Positions 60,640 to 64,000 of a stretch of DNA of 64,000 nucleotides are shown one piece after another; position 1 is the first letter of the stretch, and every line of letters begins with the position of its first letter. Source of the stretch: Methanotrichaceae archaeon (lineage in GTDB: Archaea > Halobacteriota > Methanosarcinia > Methanotrichales > Methanotrichaceae). The notes below the pieces were generated by a model. It was not told the DNA's origin and did no database searches. It saw only the letters and a list, made by a program, of their open reading frames with translations. The stretch lies in the NCBI GenBank assembly GCA_963813075.1, contig CAWEXU010000005.1:96001-160000 (forward strand). Reading direction: 5' to 3'. The translations under genes were made by a program, and so were the position numbers.

Positions 60640-61524
60640 ATGATATATCCTTATCCGCCTGGCCAAGGCACAGTAAAGTGGATCTCAACCGAATGGCTGG
60701 CAGATCACATCGAGGACGACGATCTGAAGATCCTGGACGTTCAGCCTAATATCCACGATTACATCATGGGCCATATACCCCATGCAGCCTACTTGAATGA
60801 AGGCGTCCTCAGATCTGCCTGGGAGAGTTTGCCGGCTATGTATGTTCCTCCTGAGAGCTTGAAGCCTATTCTGGATCGAGCGGGAGTAGATCCCGATACG
60901 CCCACGGTCATTTACTCTAGCGCCGGACGCTACAGCCACTGCACTGCCGGCATCGGCGACGGCCTGGAGCAGCCCATGATGGCCTATTCCCTGGCTCGAT
61001 TCGGCCATAAAAAGCTGTATATCCTGGACGGCGGGATTGAGAAGTGGTTAGCAGACGGCCATAAGCTGACTAAGGTATACCCTAGATGCATCAAATCCGA
61101 TTTCACTGTGGACCTCCAGAGGGAATACTTTGTGACCTATGATCAGTTTCTGGAAATGAAAGACCAGAACACTGTTATGGTCCTTGATGCCCGCCCGGCC
61201 GATATCTATGCCCAGGGAGGGCTCTGGCCAAAGCTCGGCCATATTCCCGGCGCTCTGAGCCTCCCCTGGAGGAGCCTGATGACCAAGGATAACAGCCGCC
61301 TCTTGAAGAGCGACATTGAACTGAAGGAGATCATAGGAAAGTTCGATATCCGCCCAGAGAAGACCCTGATCGTATACTGTGGCACGGGCAGGGAAGCCAC
61401 CAACGAGTTCCTCATTCTTAAGTGGTATTTCGGCCATGAAAAAGTCAAGATATTTGAGGGATCGTTTACCGAATGGACGGCTCATCCTGAGAATCCTACG
61501 GTAACCGGCACTGAGCCCCGGTAG
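60640..61524 (+). CDS. Tandem-domain sulfurtransferase (rhodanese)
   Basis: GHIPHA, ILDGG..KW, GHIPGA, YCGTGREA, FEGSFTEW. Confidence 0.93.
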   Translation: MIYPYPPGQGTVKWISTEWLADHIEDDDLKILDVQPNIHDYIMGHIPHAAYLNEGVLRSAWESLPAMYVPPESLKPILDRAGVDPDTPTVIYSSAGRYSHCTAGIGDGLEQPMMAYSLARFGHKKLYILDGGIEKWLADGHKLTKVYPRCIKSDFTVDLQREYFVTYDQFLEMKDQNTVMVLDARPADIYAQGGLWPKLGHIPGALSLPWRSLMTKDNSRLLKSDIELKEIIGKFDIRPEKTLIVYCGTGREATNEFLILKWYFGHEKVKIFEGSFTEWTAHPENPTVTGTEPR

Positions 61525-61595
61525 TGGGATGCAATCTTGGACAGACGTGTCAGGGAATTCTCGCCCCTGCCAGGTCTTCAGTCTTAAGAATTTTT

Positions 61596-62357
61596 TTATT
61601 TCGAAGTGATAATCTTTGAGCCCAGATCCGAATATAGCTGGGCAACTACCCTGAGGGCTCGATATCCCTTCTCGGTTATCATATAGTCCCCTCTCTCATT
61701 CCTCTGCAGAATCATTCCTCCATCTTGCAGTTTTTGCAGGTGAAAGAGCAGGTTGCCGCCCCGCAATCCAGTGAGCTCAGCGAGAGCTGAAAAGGTCATA
61801 GTCTCCGCGAAAAGAGCCTTTAGAATTTGCAGTCTCTGTTTATTGCTCAAGGGCTCGAGCAGATCGGTTACGGCATCTTCCACAGGAAGGGGCTCCATAG
61901 ATTCGCCCGTCACATCATTATCATGGTATAGTCTGAGCGAACGCATCAGATCTATCTGCTTATCCAACAGCCTGGCGGCCTCAGAGAAGCAGGTTTTGCA
62001 TTGATCATAAGGAGACTTCCCGCGCATCTGCTCCAGCTTCGATTTCGCATTGCAGATGGAATCCACGGATACCTCGCTTCCTTTAATCTGATCCAGGTTG
62101 TTGTTCAGAAGATCTGAGAATAGCGCTTTGCAGGTTTTCTTCATATGACAGTCCCCTACCATCTTGCCCTCCAGGCTGCCTTCGATATCATTGGTAGCGT
62201 ATCCCCGGATTACATCCAAAAAATCGCTTCTGCAGCCATTGACAATCGAAGCCAAATGCTGCTGGTTTGAGCGTTCCATGAACCTCTTCATGTCCTCATG
62301 AATGATATCGAGCTTCGACTTTATGGCGTTGACTTCCTTCAGAAGATCCTCATTCAT
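61596..62357 (-). CDS. ArsR-like winged-helix regulator with Cys-containing N-domain
   Basis: C.....C, C..C; EPLSNKQRL.IL, GLRGGNLLFHL.KL, Y.IT.KG. Confidence 0.85.
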   Translation of the reverse strand: MNEDLLKEVNAIKSKLDIIHEDMKRFMERSNQQHLASIVNGCRSDFLDVIRGYATNDIEGSLEGKMVGDCHMKKTCKALFSDLLNNNLDQIKGSEVSVDSICNAKSKLEQMRGKSPYDQCKTCFSEAARLLDKQIDLMRSLRLYHDNDVTGESMEPLPVEDAVTDLLEPLSNKQRLQILKALFAETMTFSALAELTGLRGGNLLFHLQKLQDGGMILQRNERGDYMITEKGYRALRVVAQLYSDLGSKIITSK

Positions 62358-62501
62358 GATATCATAAAAGGGCCCTGAGAGGAAAAAGGTTTCTATTATG
62401 CATCTGAGAGTTAATCTTGTACATTGGATTATATCTTGTATAGTTTTATGACGCCAAAGTATATATTCCTAACTGGGCAATATAAGGATTGGTGAAGAAC
62501 C

Positions 62502-62741
62502 ATGAATGTAAAAGACGAGATACATAGCCAAATTGTCGGTGCCCTAAAGGAAGCAAGGTTTCCCATAAGAACGCCCGAAGAGCTTATAGCTGCCCTGCCC
62601 CAGGGTGCTGCCACCAAATGCAGGGCAGGTGACGTCGAGCTTACTGCAGGAGATGCGGGAAAGGTCTTGAAGGCGAGCGATTTTCCCTTTAAGGATGCCA
62701 GGCAGGTTGCAGATGTAATAGTCATGCGGGCAGGGCTATAA
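62502..62741 (+). CDS. MTH865-family protein
   Basis: A.FPI.TPEEL.AALP.G..T.C, DFPF. Confidence 0.88.
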   Translation: MNVKDEIHSQIVGALKEARFPIRTPEELIAALPQGAATKCRAGDVELTAGDAGKVLKASDFPFKDARQVADVIVMRAGL

Positions 62742-62780
62742 AATAATCAGCCTCAAGATACATCCTTTTGATCAGCTATT

Positions 62781-63254
62781 TTAGATTTTTTTCATTTTTT
62801 GGAATTTATCTCTCTCATCTATGAAATAGATCATGCCCAAACCCATAAAAAACATGAAGCAACCACCCAAGAGGAGAAGTCCGCCCATAAATCCATTTAA
62901 AAGAGAGAAAAATCCAATAATTATCACAAATTGTGATACTATTATCGCGATTCCTGCACCCAACATGGCGAAAACCTTGGCGATCGATACAATCAATCCG
63001 CTTTTGCTCATATCAAAGAGCATGAAATAACCATAGCCCAAAACAATTTTTATTGAACCCCAAATAGCTGCCTGAAGGAATAAATAAAATGATTTTGCGC
63101 CATCGGCAAGAAAAGCAAATCCTTCAATGAAATCAATAATGCCCACTAAAACGCAACCAATCGCAGTTAGAGCTATGACTATCTTCCCCATTGTGACCAA
63201 TGGTTTATCCAATACTGCCAGCCCTAACTTTTCTATAAGCTCATCTAATGCCAT
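62781..63254 (-). CDS. Four-TM membrane protein, AT-rich
   Basis: Four hydrophobic segments. Confidence 0.7.
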   Translation of the reverse strand: MALDELIEKLGLAVLDKPLVTMGKIVIALTAIGCVLVGIIDFIEGFAFLADGAKSFYLFLQAAIWGSIKIVLGYGYFMLFDMSKSGLIVSIAKVFAMLGAGIAIIVSQFVIIIGFFSLLNGFMGGLLLLGGCFMFFMGLGMIYFIDERDKFQKMKKI

Positions 63255-63352
63255 CTGATCAGCTTTCCAATATGAATATTATCTATGATAAGTGTTTTCT
63301 TTTTCTGGGTGACTATGGATAGATGCGGATAGCAGATTCTGCCCTCTGCTTC

Positions 63353-63720
63353 TCAGAGAGACTCCTCTGTCTTTTTTCTGCAGACCAGGACCAGAAAATC
63401 CGGTATTCGAGCGCCATCCATCCGATCCGGGCACATGCTCCTCCAGCGCTCCGGCGGCTCGGGCTCGATCACCCTGGTGATTTGAAATCCGCAGGAGATC
63501 AGCCCGTTCATGATGTCCCCCAGGGTCCGGTGCCAGTAGAAGGTGGGCTCCATGCCGGACTTCGCTCCCCAGGGACAGAGAAATGGGCCCCGCTGAAAGT
63601 AATGGTCGACCTTTCTATGCAGCCTTCTCCCTTCCTCATCCCTGACCCATCCCCAGACCGGGGTCATGAAGCAGGGATGATTGGCGATGTGCAGATAGGT
63701 TCCGCCATCAAAGGATCGAG
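63353..63720 (-). pseudogene. C-terminal fragment of a class I SAM methyltransferase
   Basis: HPCF, YF, WHRTL....N.L...GF.I..V.EP, RIP.FL; SAM-binding N-half absent. Confidence 0.65.
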
Positions 63721-64000
63721 CAGATCGCTGCGGTTCGGGTCCCTCTCGCCATAGGATCGATGCCACTCTTCTGCATTGCGGTCCCAGATACGCGTGCCCT
63801 GATTCTGATCGAGATTCATGTGGCGAATTCCTCAGAGAGTTCTGATGCGGCCCGGTTTATATAGGCTCTTCCGACCTGGATTTTCAAAGCGTGACGGCAG
63901 AAGGCGAAGAGGCCAAAGTGCGCTGATGATATCTGGGTGTACTATGAGATGCACAAGGATGAGATTGAGAACCTGGATGAATATGCCAAAAAGCGTGGCC

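Noticed and set aside
63900..64000. Possible gene fragment (DIWVYYEMHKDEIENLDEYAKKRG)
   Set aside because: Truncated by the window edge and too short to assign

Overview
Archaeal chromosomal window, most consistent with Methanothrix (Methanosaeta). The evidence is Mmp10, archaeal PRK, TiaS, AroB', MptE, Hel308, CDC48, archaeal LeuRS, SRP RNA and lineage-type secreted proteins. Positions 1-46.3 kb are mostly housekeeping. Positions 46.3-51.7 kb are an accessory island at the leuS 3' end; it holds a decayed second leuS 3' end and many intact or decayed toxin-antitoxin modules. Positions 54-63 kb are a stress/sulfur-redox cluster. Highlights: (1) a 387-bp IS200/IS605 (IscB-type ends) element at 51125-51511 with no recognisable protein gene, whose removal restores the host stop codon and whose interior folds by eye into a multiply pseudoknotted RNA; (2) an unannotated ~220-nt nested structured RNA candidate between tmk and ppaC; (3) a 31-aa single-TM ORF behind a divergent ftsZ2-like gene; (4) a divergent Mmp10 with no mcr genes nearby. 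About nine single-base insertion frameshifts at 30-42 kb are probably sequencing errors. All calls come from reading the sequence by eye and from recalled family motifs; no searches were run.
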